Below, in pieces: positions 47,353 to 56,779 of a DNA stretch of 60,679 nt. The position numbers were made by a program, and so were the translations under genes. Source of the DNA: an uncultured bacterium. GTDB taxonomy: Bacteria > Bacillota > Clostridia > Christensenellales > UBA1242. Location: contig CASLXJ010000002.1 of NCBI GenBank assembly GCA_949398915.1, positions 1-60,679 of the forward strand, in the 5' to 3' direction. The stretch's first letter is position 1, and each line of letters begins with the position of its first letter. The notes beneath the pieces are model-generated. The model had not been told where the DNA came from, did not search any database, and saw nothing but the letters and a program-made list of their open reading frames with translations.

Positions 47353-50300
47353 TTGTTTTTTAAAAAGATAAAGGAAATTGCAAATAATAAAGTAGTTTCA
47401 AATTTAGGCGGTGGAGAAAAGGTAATTTTATCATCAAGTTATGACCGCTTAATTTTTTTGTCAAGCAATTTTGTTTCAGCCGGTAAATTAAAAAGAGGTT
47501 TGGAAGCTTTTGGTAAAAAAGTGGAGATTATATCAAATGCGAGAGAAAATAATGACGAAAACGACAGAAATCTTCTTCCATTTATCCAAAGTTTAAACAA
47601 ATATAGCTCTGGTCAGCTTGACGGTTTGATTTTTTTGCCATGCTCAGCAATAATCAAATTTGACAAGAAAAAGATTGCTCCTTTTAGAATAAGCAAGGGT
47701 GACACACTCAGTCTTGATGAGGTTGTAAAAAAACTTGTTGAGTTTGGCTATGAGCGAACAGGGCTTGTTGAAAGTGGTGGACAGTTTGCTTTGCGTGGTG
47801 ATATTCTTGACATTTTTGTTACCACAGGAGAGCATCCTGTAAGAATAGAGCTTTTTGATGATTTTGTTGAAAATATTTCAATTTTCGATGAAACATCAAT
47901 GAAAAATATTGAAAAAATAGACTTTATTGATATTTATTCTGCATATTTGCCTTTAGGAGAAGATTGTGCCTTTGATTTGGAAGGAACAAAAATTCTTGAT
48001 GAGCCTAAGAAAATCAACGATGAAATAGAGCTGCTAATAAAAAGTTATAAAGTGGCATCCTTTTATGATGAAAAGTTTTATGCTAAATTTGACAAGCTTC
48101 TTTCAGCTGCCGACCATATTTTTGACAACATGCAGGTAGTAAAAGCAGATTATCGAAATGAAATGGTGGCTACAAGAAGCTATTTAACTGACTTTTTGGC
48201 ATTAAAGAATGACATTGTTGATTTTAAGAATATGCATCAGTCAATCATCCTTTTTGCTGGAGAAGAGCGCTTCAAAAACAATTTGATATCCTTTTTAAAT
48301 GAACAAAATCTGTCTTTTAAAGATTTTGATGATGAGTGCGAGCTGGAAGACGGAGTTGTTTATGTAACAAGACTTGCAAATCCATATTCATTTTCATTTT
48401 TAAGAGAAGGCATTGTTGGAATTGGCAGTGACAGTCTGTTTAGAAAATCAACTGTGTCGTTTTCTAAAAACAAACATTCTGCATTTTATCTGCCTAAAGT
48501 CAATGACTATGTTGTTCATACCTTTCATGGCGTTGGAAAGTGCATAAGAATAGAGAGAATGAAAATCTCTGATATTGAAAAGGATTACTTTGTAATTGAA
48601 TACAAAAAAGGTGATATTTTATATCTTCCAAGTGAAGAGGCTAACACTATATCTGCCTATGTAGGCGGAGAGGTTGCTCCTAAACTTTCAGCACTTGGTG
48701 GCGGAGAGTTTTCAAGGCTTGTTGCACGAGTTAAGGCAAGTATTAAAGAAATGGCAATTTCTCTTGTTGCTCTGTATAAAGAACGAGAGAAAATTAAAGG
48801 CTTTAAATTTAGAAGAGATGAATATCTTGAAAAGCAATTTGCTGATGCTTTTGGTTATGCTGAAACTCCTGACCAACTTCGTGCAATTGCCGATATTGAT
48901 AAAGATATGGAAAGTGATAAGGTAATGGAACGCCTTATCTGTGGAGATGTTGGCTTTGGGAAAACCGAAGTTGCTCTTCGAGGTGCTTTTAAATGCGCAT
49001 ACAATGGGCGCCAAGTGGCACTTCTTTGTCCGACAACTATTCTTTCAGAACAACATTATCGCACCGCAAAAGAAAGGCTGGAGCCTTTTGGAGTGCGCGT
49101 TGGTGTAATCAATAGATTTAGAACGCCTCTTCAAGTAAAAGACATATTAAGGCGTGTCAAAGAAGGTGAAATTGATGTGCTTATAGGCACGCATAGACTT
49201 TTAAGTGATGATGTAATTTACAAAGACCTTGGTTTGTTGATCTTAGATGAAGAGCAGCGGTTTGGCGTAGAGCACAAAGAAAAAATCAAGGATAAATTCA
49301 GAAACATAGATGTCATCACTCTTTCTGCAACACCAATTCCAAGAACGCTTAACATGTCTTTGTCAGGAATAAGGGATATTTCAGTCATTGAAACGCCTCC
49401 TAGAGACAGACTTCCTATTCAAACCTATATTGCCGAAGAAAGTGACCAATTATTTAAGGATGTTCTTTCAAGAGAGATTGCAAGAGGCGGACAAGCTTTT
49501 GTGGTGTATAATAGGGTTGAGAGCATTGAGGAATTTGCCAGTTATTTAAGAAACCTTCTTCCGGAGCTGAAAGTAGGTGTAGCGCACGGGCAAATGAATG
49601 AAAAGTTGCTTGAGAATATAATTGGAAGACTTTACAATAACGAGTATAACATTCTAGTTTCGACAACTCTTATAGAAAATGGAATAAATCTTCCGCTTGC
49701 CAATACTATGGTGGTGGTCGAGTCTGACAGGCTTGGTTTAAGTCAGCTTTATCAACTTAGAGGAAGAATAGGCAGAAGTGATAGACTTAGTTATGCTTAT
49801 CTTACCTATGCAAAAGATAAACAGATAAATGAAGATGCTTACAAACGCCTTGAAACAATGAAAGAGTTTAGTCAGCTTGGCTCTGGTTTTAAGATTGCTA
49901 TGCGTGACCTTGAAATAAGAGGAGCGGGCAACATATTTGGAAAGGAACAACATGGTCATATTGAAAAGGTAGGCTATGACATGTATGTCAAACTTCTCAA
50001 TGAGGAGATAAAAGAAATTAAAGGTGAGAGAATTGACAGAAAGAGCGATGTTAAACTTGAGATTACACTTTCTGCTTATATCAGTGAAGATTATATTGAA
50101 GATGGCGACCAAAGGGTGATTTATTATACGAGAATAGGTGAGTTGCAAACAAGGGATGAGCTTAACGAGCTTATTTTGAGTTTGGAAGATGGCTTTGGAG
50201 AGACGCCCCAAGAAATCAAAAATCTTTGCACACTTGCGTACTTAAGAAATCTTGCAGGCAGTTTTCTTGTTAAGAAGATTGTAATAAACAAGTTTGAGAC

Positions 50301-50478
50301 TTTGGTTTATCTTGAAAAAACTGAAAAAATTATTGATGAAAGATTGGCAGAAAGGCTTGATGAATTTAATGGAAGATTGTCTTTTGACAGCAATGTAAAG
50401 ATTAAATTTGACCTTTCTGGCACTGTTCTTGAAAGATTGGAAAGTCTGCTTGAATTTTTTGAAAGTGCTTTAAACTGA
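47353..50478 (+). CDS. mfd: transcription-repair coupling factor Mfd (shorter than usual, 1041 aa)
   Basis: TTG start after GAGGA. Contains the CarD/RID-like region YVVHTFHGVGKC, SF2 motifs GDVGFGKTEVA and LILDEEQRFG, and the TRG region QLRGRIGRS. Confidence 0.9.
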   Translation: MFFKKIKEIANNKVVSNLGGGEKVILSSSYDRLIFLSSNFVSAGKLKRGLEAFGKKVEIISNARENNDENDRNLLPFIQSLNKYSSGQLDGLIFLPCSAIIKFDKKKIAPFRISKGDTLSLDEVVKKLVEFGYERTGLVESGGQFALRGDILDIFVTTGEHPVRIELFDDFVENISIFDETSMKNIEKIDFIDIYSAYLPLGEDCAFDLEGTKILDEPKKINDEIELLIKSYKVASFYDEKFYAKFDKLLSAADHIFDNMQVVKADYRNEMVATRSYLTDFLALKNDIVDFKNMHQSIILFAGEERFKNNLISFLNEQNLSFKDFDDECELEDGVVYVTRLANPYSFSFLREGIVGIGSDSLFRKSTVSFSKNKHSAFYLPKVNDYVVHTFHGVGKCIRIERMKISDIEKDYFVIEYKKGDILYLPSEEANTISAYVGGEVAPKLSALGGGEFSRLVARVKASIKEMAISLVALYKEREKIKGFKFRRDEYLEKQFADAFGYAETPDQLRAIADIDKDMESDKVMERLICGDVGFGKTEVALRGAFKCAYNGRQVALLCPTTILSEQHYRTAKERLEPFGVRVGVINRFRTPLQVKDILRRVKEGEIDVLIGTHRLLSDDVIYKDLGLLILDEEQRFGVEHKEKIKDKFRNIDVITLSATPIPRTLNMSLSGIRDISVIETPPRDRLPIQTYIAEESDQLFKDVLSREIARGGQAFVVYNRVESIEEFASYLRNLLPELKVGVAHGQMNEKLLENIIGRLYNNEYNILVSTTLIENGINLPLANTMVVVESDRLGLSQLYQLRGRIGRSDRLSYAYLTYAKDKQINEDAYKRLETMKEFSQLGSGFKIAMRDLEIRGAGNIFGKEQHGHIEKVGYDMYVKLLNEEIKEIKGERIDRKSDVKLEITLSAYISEDYIEDGDQRVIYYTRIGELQTRDELNELILSLEDGFGETPQEIKNLCTLAYLRNLAGSFLVKKIVINKFETLVYLEKTEKIIDERLAERLDEFNGRLSFDSNVKIKFDLSGTVLERLESLLEFFESALN

Positions 50479-50575
50479 TTAAAATTATTTATTAAATTGC
50501 AAAAACAACCTCAATTTAGTTGAAATTTTATGTTTTAATATGCTAAAATGTGTGTATATTTTATGTGGAGACAAA

Positions 50576-52342
50576 ATGAAATCAAAAATTAAAGTTTTTT
50601 TAATGTGTTTTGTACTACTTTGCATGTCCTTATTTGCGGGCTGTTCATTGGTAGAAACTAATAATAATAAATTATATAATGCTGTTGTTGCTGATATCTA
50701 TAATAAAGAAGGCAAGAAGGTGGCGGAAATTTCAAACCGCGAATTGATATCTGGATATGAAAGCTATGGGAATATGTATGTTCAATATTACAACTATACT
50801 AAAGCCCAAGCTGTAGATATGACTCTTAAACAACTTGAAAATAGAAAAATTGTCATTCTCGAGGCCGAGAAACTTTTTAATGTAAATTATGAAACAGGAG
50901 AAGGACTTGATGAAAAAGAAAAAGGTTATATTTATGACCAAACTGTTGAGTCATTAAATGCAAATCTTAAAAATTATTATGACAAAGTTTTAGGCACGAC
51001 TGAAGAAGAAGAGAAAGATGAGGATGAAATTAAATTTGAAGGTTATTCAAAAAATGTCACCTTAGACTATGATGAAAATGGGAATTATGTAATAAAGAAA
51101 CTTAATGTAAAAGATGGTTTACTTGACGGATATCGTCCTACAAATAATATTTTAAAAAGTTTTTATAATGAAGCTGAAAAGGCAGAAATTTATGATAATT
51201 TCATTGAAAAAGGCTTCTCAAGTGATGATTATCAAAAGGCTTTAAAATATTATCTTATTGACTTGAAATCTGCTGAATATGGCATGAATTTAACAACTGA
51301 TGCTAAGTCAATGTTTGAAAGAGAAATTGAAAGACTTTACAAAGTAAACTATGAAAATTATATTGTTCAAAAATATTCAGAAAATAATAAAAAAAGTGGC
51401 GAAATTGCGTCAGTTACAACAGATGATATTTTAAAACTTTATTCAAGCAAGGTAAGGGCAAGTTATACAAAATATGCAATTGAAAAAGACGGTAATTATG
51501 GTGAAAATGTAAGCAGCTCTTTAAATGATGTTTATTATTTTAGAGGGGATGAAGAGGCAAATAAATATTTCACAGTTGCAAACATTCTTTTCAAATTTGA
51601 CGATGCTCAAACTGCAAGATATGAAGAAATAAACAAAAAACTCAGCGAAAGCGAAGTTTATGACGAATATGAAAGCGACTTAAACGCTCTCTATTCTCAA
51701 ATTAAGCCGGTAATAAGACAGTTAAATGAAGATACAGGAATTTACGAAGAAATAGATAATGATTTCAATTTATCAGTAAACGACATTATTTATGATAAAA
51801 TTCAAATTGCTTTAAAAAATGCTCAAACTACAGGTGATGTTGGATATATCGGGGATACTATCAACAACTATATTTACACTTATAATGAAGATACTGGAAT
51901 GTTCAACGCAAAATCAAACTATGTAATCGGCGTTGATAAGGATGGTAAGGCAGTTTCAAGCTTTGTTGAAGAATTTAATGAAGCAGGTTTGAAACTTTAC
52001 AATAATGGCAGAGGCAAAATAGGTGACATGGAAGTTGCTCGTTCAAGCTATGGCATTCATGTTCTTGTTTACACTGGGGCATGCGAAAATCTGTTTGACG
52101 GCATTGATGAAACTTTTGAGCTTGGAGGAAATGCTGGCTCAGAAGAGGGCGAACATGCGATTTCTGTTCTTGCAAATACAAGAGTAAATATGCTTGTAGA
52201 TAAGACTTATTTAGATCTTCTTTATGACGAAATTTATCAAGATAACTATGCATTCTTTGAGCAGGCAAACATCAATTTCTTAAGAGAAAACTATGAAATT
52301 AAAGTTTATCAAGGAAGATTTGCTGACAGCTTAAAAGGTTGA
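50576..52342 (+). CDS. large lipoprotein, possibly a divergent PrsA/SurA-like parvulin-type foldase
   Basis: Lipobox SLFAGC. FTVANILFKFDD and SSYGIHVLVYTG resemble parvulin PPIase strands. A prsA-like gene often follows mfd in Clostridia. Confidence 0.45.
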   Translation: MKSKIKVFLMCFVLLCMSLFAGCSLVETNNNKLYNAVVADIYNKEGKKVAEISNRELISGYESYGNMYVQYYNYTKAQAVDMTLKQLENRKIVILEAEKLFNVNYETGEGLDEKEKGYIYDQTVESLNANLKNYYDKVLGTTEEEEKDEDEIKFEGYSKNVTLDYDENGNYVIKKLNVKDGLLDGYRPTNNILKSFYNEAEKAEIYDNFIEKGFSSDDYQKALKYYLIDLKSAEYGMNLTTDAKSMFEREIERLYKVNYENYIVQKYSENNKKSGEIASVTTDDILKLYSSKVRASYTKYAIEKDGNYGENVSSSLNDVYYFRGDEEANKYFTVANILFKFDDAQTARYEEINKKLSESEVYDEYESDLNALYSQIKPVIRQLNEDTGIYEEIDNDFNLSVNDIIYDKIQIALKNAQTTGDVGYIGDTINNYIYTYNEDTGMFNAKSNYVIGVDKDGKAVSSFVEEFNEAGLKLYNNGRGKIGDMEVARSSYGIHVLVYTGACENLFDGIDETFELGGNAGSEEGEHAISVLANTRVNMLVDKTYLDLLYDEIYQDNYAFFEQANINFLRENYEIKVYQGRFADSLKG

Positions 52343-52358
52343 TGATTAAAAATATAAA

Positions 52359-52395
52359 ATAGATGTTTTTATGTTGACAAAAACATCTATTTTTG
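52359..52395 (+). terminator. Rho-independent terminator after the lipoprotein gene
   Basis: ATAGATGTTTTT (52359-52370) pairs with AAAAACATCTAT (52379-52390), followed by TTTT. Confidence 0.75.
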
Positions 52396-52402
52396 TTAAT
52401 AT
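52374..52402 (+). promoter_or_regulatory. promoter with its -35 in the terminator loop, positioned for a leaderless transcript
   Basis: TTGACA (52374-52379)-17 nt-TAATAT (52397-52402), then 6 nt, then the ATG at 52409. No SD. Confidence 0.55.
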
Positions 52403-52408
52403 ACTATT

Positions 52409-53860
52409 ATGGCAAAGTCTGTTAAACAAAAACCTGACAAGCAAAAAGAAGATTATGTTCAAACCAATATTGATGATTTAGTTCCAGCTGAAAAGTTGGA
52501 AGGTCTTTTGGTAGAAGGTGAAGTTTTGCAAACAAAAGAAAAAGTTGCAGATGAGAATATTAAAGAAACAGACGATAAAATAAAAAAAGACGCAGATAAG
52601 ACGCAATTAAGTGAAGACGAAAATTTGAAACAGATGCAGGATGAGGCAATTAAGCTTCAAAAGAAAAAGCTTGATGAAGTGGAGCAGTCTGTATCAAAAC
52701 AGGGCAGTAAAAAAAGTAAGATAATCAATATTGTATTTTTTATATTAAATATAGTAGTTGTTGCTGGAATACTTGTTTATCAACTTTTAAAAGAAAACAT
52801 GAAGCCTGTCGATGGAAACTTTGATGCCTTATCTTTTTTGATTGTAATTGCCTTCTTGACTTTGGTTGTAATAAGTGAAACATTGGCATGTGGCTATTTA
52901 TTAAAGCAATCAACAGGAAAATGGCGAATGGGGCTGGCATTTAAAGTGACGCAGCTTGGAAGATATTATGACAGTGTTACACCTATGGCTGCTGGCGGTC
53001 AGCCATTTCAAATTACCTATTTGAAAACTCATGGAACGCCAATTCATACCTCACTTTCAATTCCGCTTGCAAAATATGTTTTTTCACAAATTGCATGGGT
53101 AATTATAAGTTTTGTATGTCTTATAATTTCTTGGACTGACAGCAGTTATGGAACATTTGTTTCGGTTGCAAGTATTATTGGCTTTGTATTAAGCTTTATT
53201 ATGCTTTTTGTGACACTATTTTTATCTATTTGCAAAACGGTGGGACGAAAGCTTGTTGTAAAAACTTTAAAACTTCTTCATAAAATCAAGATTGTCAAAA
53301 ACTATGACAAACAGTATGAAAAAATCACTAAATATATCAGTGATTTTCAAGATGTCATGAAGCAATATGCAAAATCGCCTAAAGACTTTATTATAATGCT
53401 TGTGCTTAGTTTGGCAAGAAATGTATTTAACTATTGTATTCCATTCTTTGTAGTAAAGTTTTTCATTCCAGACTTGCAAGGTGGGATGTTTATAAGGCTG
53501 TTTGTAATGTCATGCCTTGTTGACCTTTCTTCTTCATTCTTTCCAATGCCTGGTGGTACAGGTATGAATGAAATTTCCTTTTCAGCGGCATTTACAGCGG
53601 TTATTGGAAATTCGGCTTATCTTGCTTGGGTTTTGATATTCTGGAGAGTATGTTCATATTATTTCTATCTTTTGCAAGGCGTCATGATTCTTTCTTATGA
53701 TTTTGCTTATGGCAATCGAAAATATAAGTGGGATGTTGTAAGGGAAAATTTGGCGCAAGAGAGTGAAGTGTTTAAGCAAGCTCAGATAAATAAATTTAGG
53801 GCAGAGCGAGCGAAAAGAAGAAAAAGTAAAAATAAATCAGGCCTAAGAGAATATTTATAA
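52409..53860 (+). CDS. UPF0104 / lysylphosphatidylglycerol-synthase-TM-region (YbhN-type flippase-like) membrane protein with a charged N-terminal extension
   Basis: Signature YYDSVTPMAAGGQPFQITYL and multiple TM segments. The first 110 or so residues are a K/E/D-rich cytoplasmic region. Confidence 0.7.
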   Translation: MAKSVKQKPDKQKEDYVQTNIDDLVPAEKLEGLLVEGEVLQTKEKVADENIKETDDKIKKDADKTQLSEDENLKQMQDEAIKLQKKKLDEVEQSVSKQGSKKSKIINIVFFILNIVVVAGILVYQLLKENMKPVDGNFDALSFLIVIAFLTLVVISETLACGYLLKQSTGKWRMGLAFKVTQLGRYYDSVTPMAAGGQPFQITYLKTHGTPIHTSLSIPLAKYVFSQIAWVIISFVCLIISWTDSSYGTFVSVASIIGFVLSFIMLFVTLFLSICKTVGRKLVVKTLKLLHKIKIVKNYDKQYEKITKYISDFQDVMKQYAKSPKDFIIMLVLSLARNVFNYCIPFFVVKFFIPDLQGGMFIRLFVMSCLVDLSSSFFPMPGGTGMNEISFSAAFTAVIGNSAYLAWVLIFWRVCSYYFYLLQGVMILSYDFAYGNRKYKWDVVRENLAQESEVFKQAQINKFRAERAKRRKSKNKSGLREYL

Positions 53861-53864
53861 ATTC

Positions 53865-54440
53865 TTGTCGCAAAATAAAACCATGAAATTGAAAAGAGAA
53901 TATTATGGTTGGCTTTTTGTGACGGTATTATTGGCATTGCTTCTTGCTTTGTCAATTTATCTTGGTATAAGCGGTTGGTATTTTAAAACAGATATTTCAT
54001 ATACCACTGATTTGCAACTTGGGAAAAATGTTCAGATTGGAGTCAAAGAAAATCAGGCAAGCTCGGTATCAATGAATCTAGACGGCTCTTATTTGGCTGG
54101 AAACAGATTGCCGCAACTTGTTTCAATAAAAAATCTTGAAGATGAAAACTCTGTATTTATGCGTGCAAAGATTTTTGTTTATACGGGTGACAACCAAACA
54201 TTAAAAATGGATATGGTTGAAACTGTAAATTGGCAATTTGATGAAAATGATGGCTATTATTATTTTAATGACGTGCTTACAAAACAAAATAAAGTTGCAC
54301 TATGTTCTCATGTTATTATTGATGAAAATGCTTCACTTCAGACAAATACCAAATATATTGTCACTATTGTAGTTGAAGCGCTTGGTCAAGATCAAGATGT
54401 ATTAAAAATTTGGGGTAAAAATCCGATAGAAAATGTTTGA
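53865..54440 (+). CDS. N-terminally anchored hypothetical protein
   Basis: TM segment WLFVTVLLALLLALSIYLGI. Start uncertain (TTG 53865 or ATG 53883) and no clear SD. Confidence 0.45.
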   Translation: MSQNKTMKLKREYYGWLFVTVLLALLLALSIYLGISGWYFKTDISYTTDLQLGKNVQIGVKENQASSVSMNLDGSYLAGNRLPQLVSIKNLEDENSVFMRAKIFVYTGDNQTLKMDMVETVNWQFDENDGYYYFNDVLTKQNKVALCSHVIIDENASLQTNTKYIVTIVVEALGQDQDVLKIWGKNPIENV

Positions 54441-54519
54441 CTTTAATTGTCAGCTTTGTTAAGATAAAAGCATAAAAATAAATATTTTAAATTTGTTTAT
54501 ATATGCTAGGAGAAATGTT

Positions 54520-54741
54520 ATGAATGAAAATCAAATTCCACCAATTCGACCAATTCCGCCAAGGCCAGTGATACCAAATCAAATGCCTCAAGCGCCTAAA
54601 ACGGAAGAAAAAACTCAGCAGACAAAGTCTGGGAAAAGAGAGCCATTAAGTGACCAATCAAAGTCAATTTTGTTTGGACTTTTGGGTGCTTTTGCTTTGC
54701 TTGGTGGAATTGCTTGTTTAATCGTAATGCTTGTGATTTAA
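54520..54741 (+). CDS. small Pro-rich tail-anchored membrane protein (73 aa)
   Basis: AGGAGA SD 6 nt before the ATG at 54520. Starts MNENQIPPIRPIPPRPVIPNQMPQAP and ends with the TM segment ILFGLLGAFALLGGIACLIVMLVI. Confidence 0.55.
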   Translation: MNENQIPPIRPIPPRPVIPNQMPQAPKTEEKTQQTKSGKREPLSDQSKSILFGLLGAFALLGGIACLIVMLVI

Positions 54742-54847
54742 TTAAGAAAGCATAAAAAACAATAATTTTATTAAATAATATTGAATTTAAGCAATGTTTC
54801 GACAAAAAAATAAAAAATAAAAAGAAAAATAAGGCAATCATACTTTT

Positions 54848-55300
54848 ATGAAAAGAATGATTGCTTTTATTTTTATGGTTTTTGTGTTGATAGGCGTTGC
54901 TTTTTTTAAACAAAATAACACGCAACAATACGATTTTGAAAAGGTAGTGATTGTATCGAAAGTTGATAATTTAATCGATTGCGATGTCATCAAAAATGGC
55001 AATGATTATTATTACACCATAAAAAGCGAAGAAAAGAGTAAGGTTGACAGCCTAAATAAAACTGACATTGATGCAATCATATATTATCTTCCTAAAGATT
55101 TAAAAATTGATTATTTCAAAGCAAAATTTGACTTTAATATTTCAAACCCAAGCTATGTGGCTGGGAGAACGATATTTTATGGATATGATAAAAATTTCAA
55201 CGATTTTAGGCTTATAAATGGGAAAAAGATAAATTTTCAGCTTGCATGCGACGAAAACAATTGGATTTTAGGGTATCCAATGATTGTTACAGGATTTTAA
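54848..55300 (+). CDS. hypothetical exported/anchored protein (150 aa)
   Basis: N-terminal hydrophobic segment MIAFIFMVFVLIGVAFF. No SD seen. Confidence 0.45.
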   Translation: MKRMIAFIFMVFVLIGVAFFKQNNTQQYDFEKVVIVSKVDNLIDCDVIKNGNDYYYTIKSEEKSKVDSLNKTDIDAIIYYLPKDLKIDYFKAKFDFNISNPSYVAGRTIFYGYDKNFNDFRLINGKKINFQLACDENNWILGYPMIVTGF

Positions 55301-55354
55301 AAATTTAATGTATAAACTCACGATTATGGTCAATAAATTTCTAGGAGGTTTACA

Positions 55355-55918
55355 ATGGAAATCGAAAAGAGAAATGGGTTTGTTGAATTTATTAAAAAAT
55401 ATGGAATGTTTGTTGCTGTTGGAATTGTTATCTTTGCAGTAGCTCTTACATTCACTTTAGTTGCAGCGCTTGGAAAGTCTGTTCCAGCGGGGACTAATAA
55501 TCTCAATTTTGCTATGCCTATGACTGAAGCAAGAGTAATTAAAGATTTTTCAAATTCAGAGCTTCAAAATAATGAAACTCTCAATCAATGGGAAGCTCAT
55601 TTATATGTTGACTTTGCTGCAGAAAATCCAGATGTATATGCGGTGCTTGGCGGAACAGTTTCAAGCATTGAAAACAAATATTTGGATGGCTATACAATTA
55701 CAATCAAACACTCAAATGGTTTTGAATCAATATATTCATCTTTAAATGAAGAAATGTCAGTTAAAGAAGGCGACAAAGTTGAAGCTGGCCAAAAAATCGG
55801 CACTGTTGATAATACAGCTGCAGGAGAGCTTGATATGGGCGCGCATTTGCACTTTGCAATGAAACTTAACAACAGTTTCGTTGATCCAAACAACTATTTA
55901 GATTTGCAAGAAAAATAA
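55355..55918 (+). CDS. membrane-anchored M23 (LytM) metallopeptidase-domain protein, SpoIIQ-like
   Basis: One TM segment, then the HxxxD motif (HLYVD) and HLH (GAHLHFAM). It is small (187 aa) and lies close to spoIIID, as spoIIQ does in Clostridia. AGGAGG SD. Confidence 0.55.
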   Translation: MEIEKRNGFVEFIKKYGMFVAVGIVIFAVALTFTLVAALGKSVPAGTNNLNFAMPMTEARVIKDFSNSELQNNETLNQWEAHLYVDFAAENPDVYAVLGGTVSSIENKYLDGYTITIKHSNGFESIYSSLNEEMSVKEGDKVEAGQKIGTVDNTAAGELDMGAHLHFAMKLNNSFVDPNNYLDLQEK

Positions 55919-55993
55919 TATATTTGTTTTGAGCAAATTTTATTAAGGCAAAAAAGCCTTTTACTTAAAATATAATAAATTCAACCCCAAATA

Positions 55994-56023
55994 AAGATGC
56001 GATAAAAATTTATCGCATTTTTA
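55994..56023 (+). terminator. Rho-independent terminator
   Basis: ATGCGATA (55997-56004) pairs with TATCGCAT (56011-56018), followed by a T-run. Confidence 0.8.
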
Positions 56024-56052
56024 TTTACATATAACTAAAAATATGCTATAAT
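56024..56052 (+). promoter_or_regulatory. sigma-A promoter (extended -10) of acpP
   Basis: TTTACA (56024-56029)-17 nt-TGcTATAAT (TATAAT at 56047-56052). Confidence 0.7.
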
Positions 56053-56070
56053 TTGAAACTAGGAGGTACT

Positions 56071-56307
56071 ATGAGCACTATTGAGACTGTAAAGAAGATT
56101 ATTGCAGAACAACTTTGTATCTCAACAGAAGATATAAAAGATGATGCAAATATAATCGAGGACTTAGGAGCTGATTCATTGGATGTTGTTGAGCTTTTGA
56201 TGACTTTTGAAGATGAATTTAAAGTTTCAATTCCAGATGACAAACTTGAAGAATTAAAAACTATTCCTCAAATTGTTAAGGTAATAGATGAATATACACA
56301 AAAATAA
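56071..56307 (+). CDS. acpP: acyl carrier protein
   Basis: 78 aa with LGADSLDVVELLMTFEDEF (phosphopantetheine Ser in DSL). AGGAGG SD. Confidence 0.9.
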   Translation: MSTIETVKKIIAEQLCISTEDIKDDANIIEDLGADSLDVVELLMTFEDEFKVSIPDDKLEELKTIPQIVKVIDEYTQK

Positions 56308-56344
56308 TTTTTGGCTTAGTTTAAGCTGAAGTTGTTTAATACAT

Positions 56345-56375
56345 AAAAGACTGATTTTTGTTATCAGTCTTTTTT
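56345..56375 (+). terminator. Rho-independent terminator after acpP
   Basis: AAGACTGAT pairs with ATCAGTCTT, followed by T5. Confidence 0.85.
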
Positions 56376-56474
56376 GACGCTGCCATTTATTTCATTTACA
56401 AATTTCAACATTTTTCAACATTTTTATACATATCGGCCACTTTGCTTTCATAGATTTATAGGGTGGAGGATGAT

Positions 56475-56747
56475 ATGAAAGAAGAGCTTGTTAAAAGAGT
56501 TTTGACTGTGGCTGAACATATTAAAGAAAGTCATGATACAGTGCGAAAGACTGCAAAATTGTTTGGGCTTAGCAAAAGCACCATTCACAATGATGTTTCT
56601 GTCAAACTTAAAGCCATAGATTATGATTTATATATGCAAACTAAAGTAGTGCTCGATGAGAATTTTGCTGAGAAGCATATAAGGGGCGGGGAAGCGACAA
56701 GGAAAAAATATCAAGATGAATATGAAGAAACTGAATCTAAAGACTAA
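56475..56747 (+). CDS. spoIIID: stage III sporulation protein D (mother-cell HTH regulator)
   Basis: 90 aa. RVLTVAEHIKESHDTVRKTAKLFGLSKSTIHNDV....HIRGGEATRKKY is typical of SpoIIID. GGTGGAGG SD. Confidence 0.88.
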   Translation: MKEELVKRVLTVAEHIKESHDTVRKTAKLFGLSKSTIHNDVSVKLKAIDYDLYMQTKVVLDENFAEKHIRGGEATRKKYQDEYEETESKD

Positions 56748-56748
56748 A

Positions 56749-56779
56749 CAAAAAAGCGTTTTTTAAGTAACGCTTTTTT
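56749..56779. terminator. bidirectional terminator shared by spoIIID and fba
   Basis: AAGCGTT (56754-56760) pairs with AACGCTT (56769-56775), flanked by A/T runs. It overlaps the fba stop codon. Confidence 0.8.
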
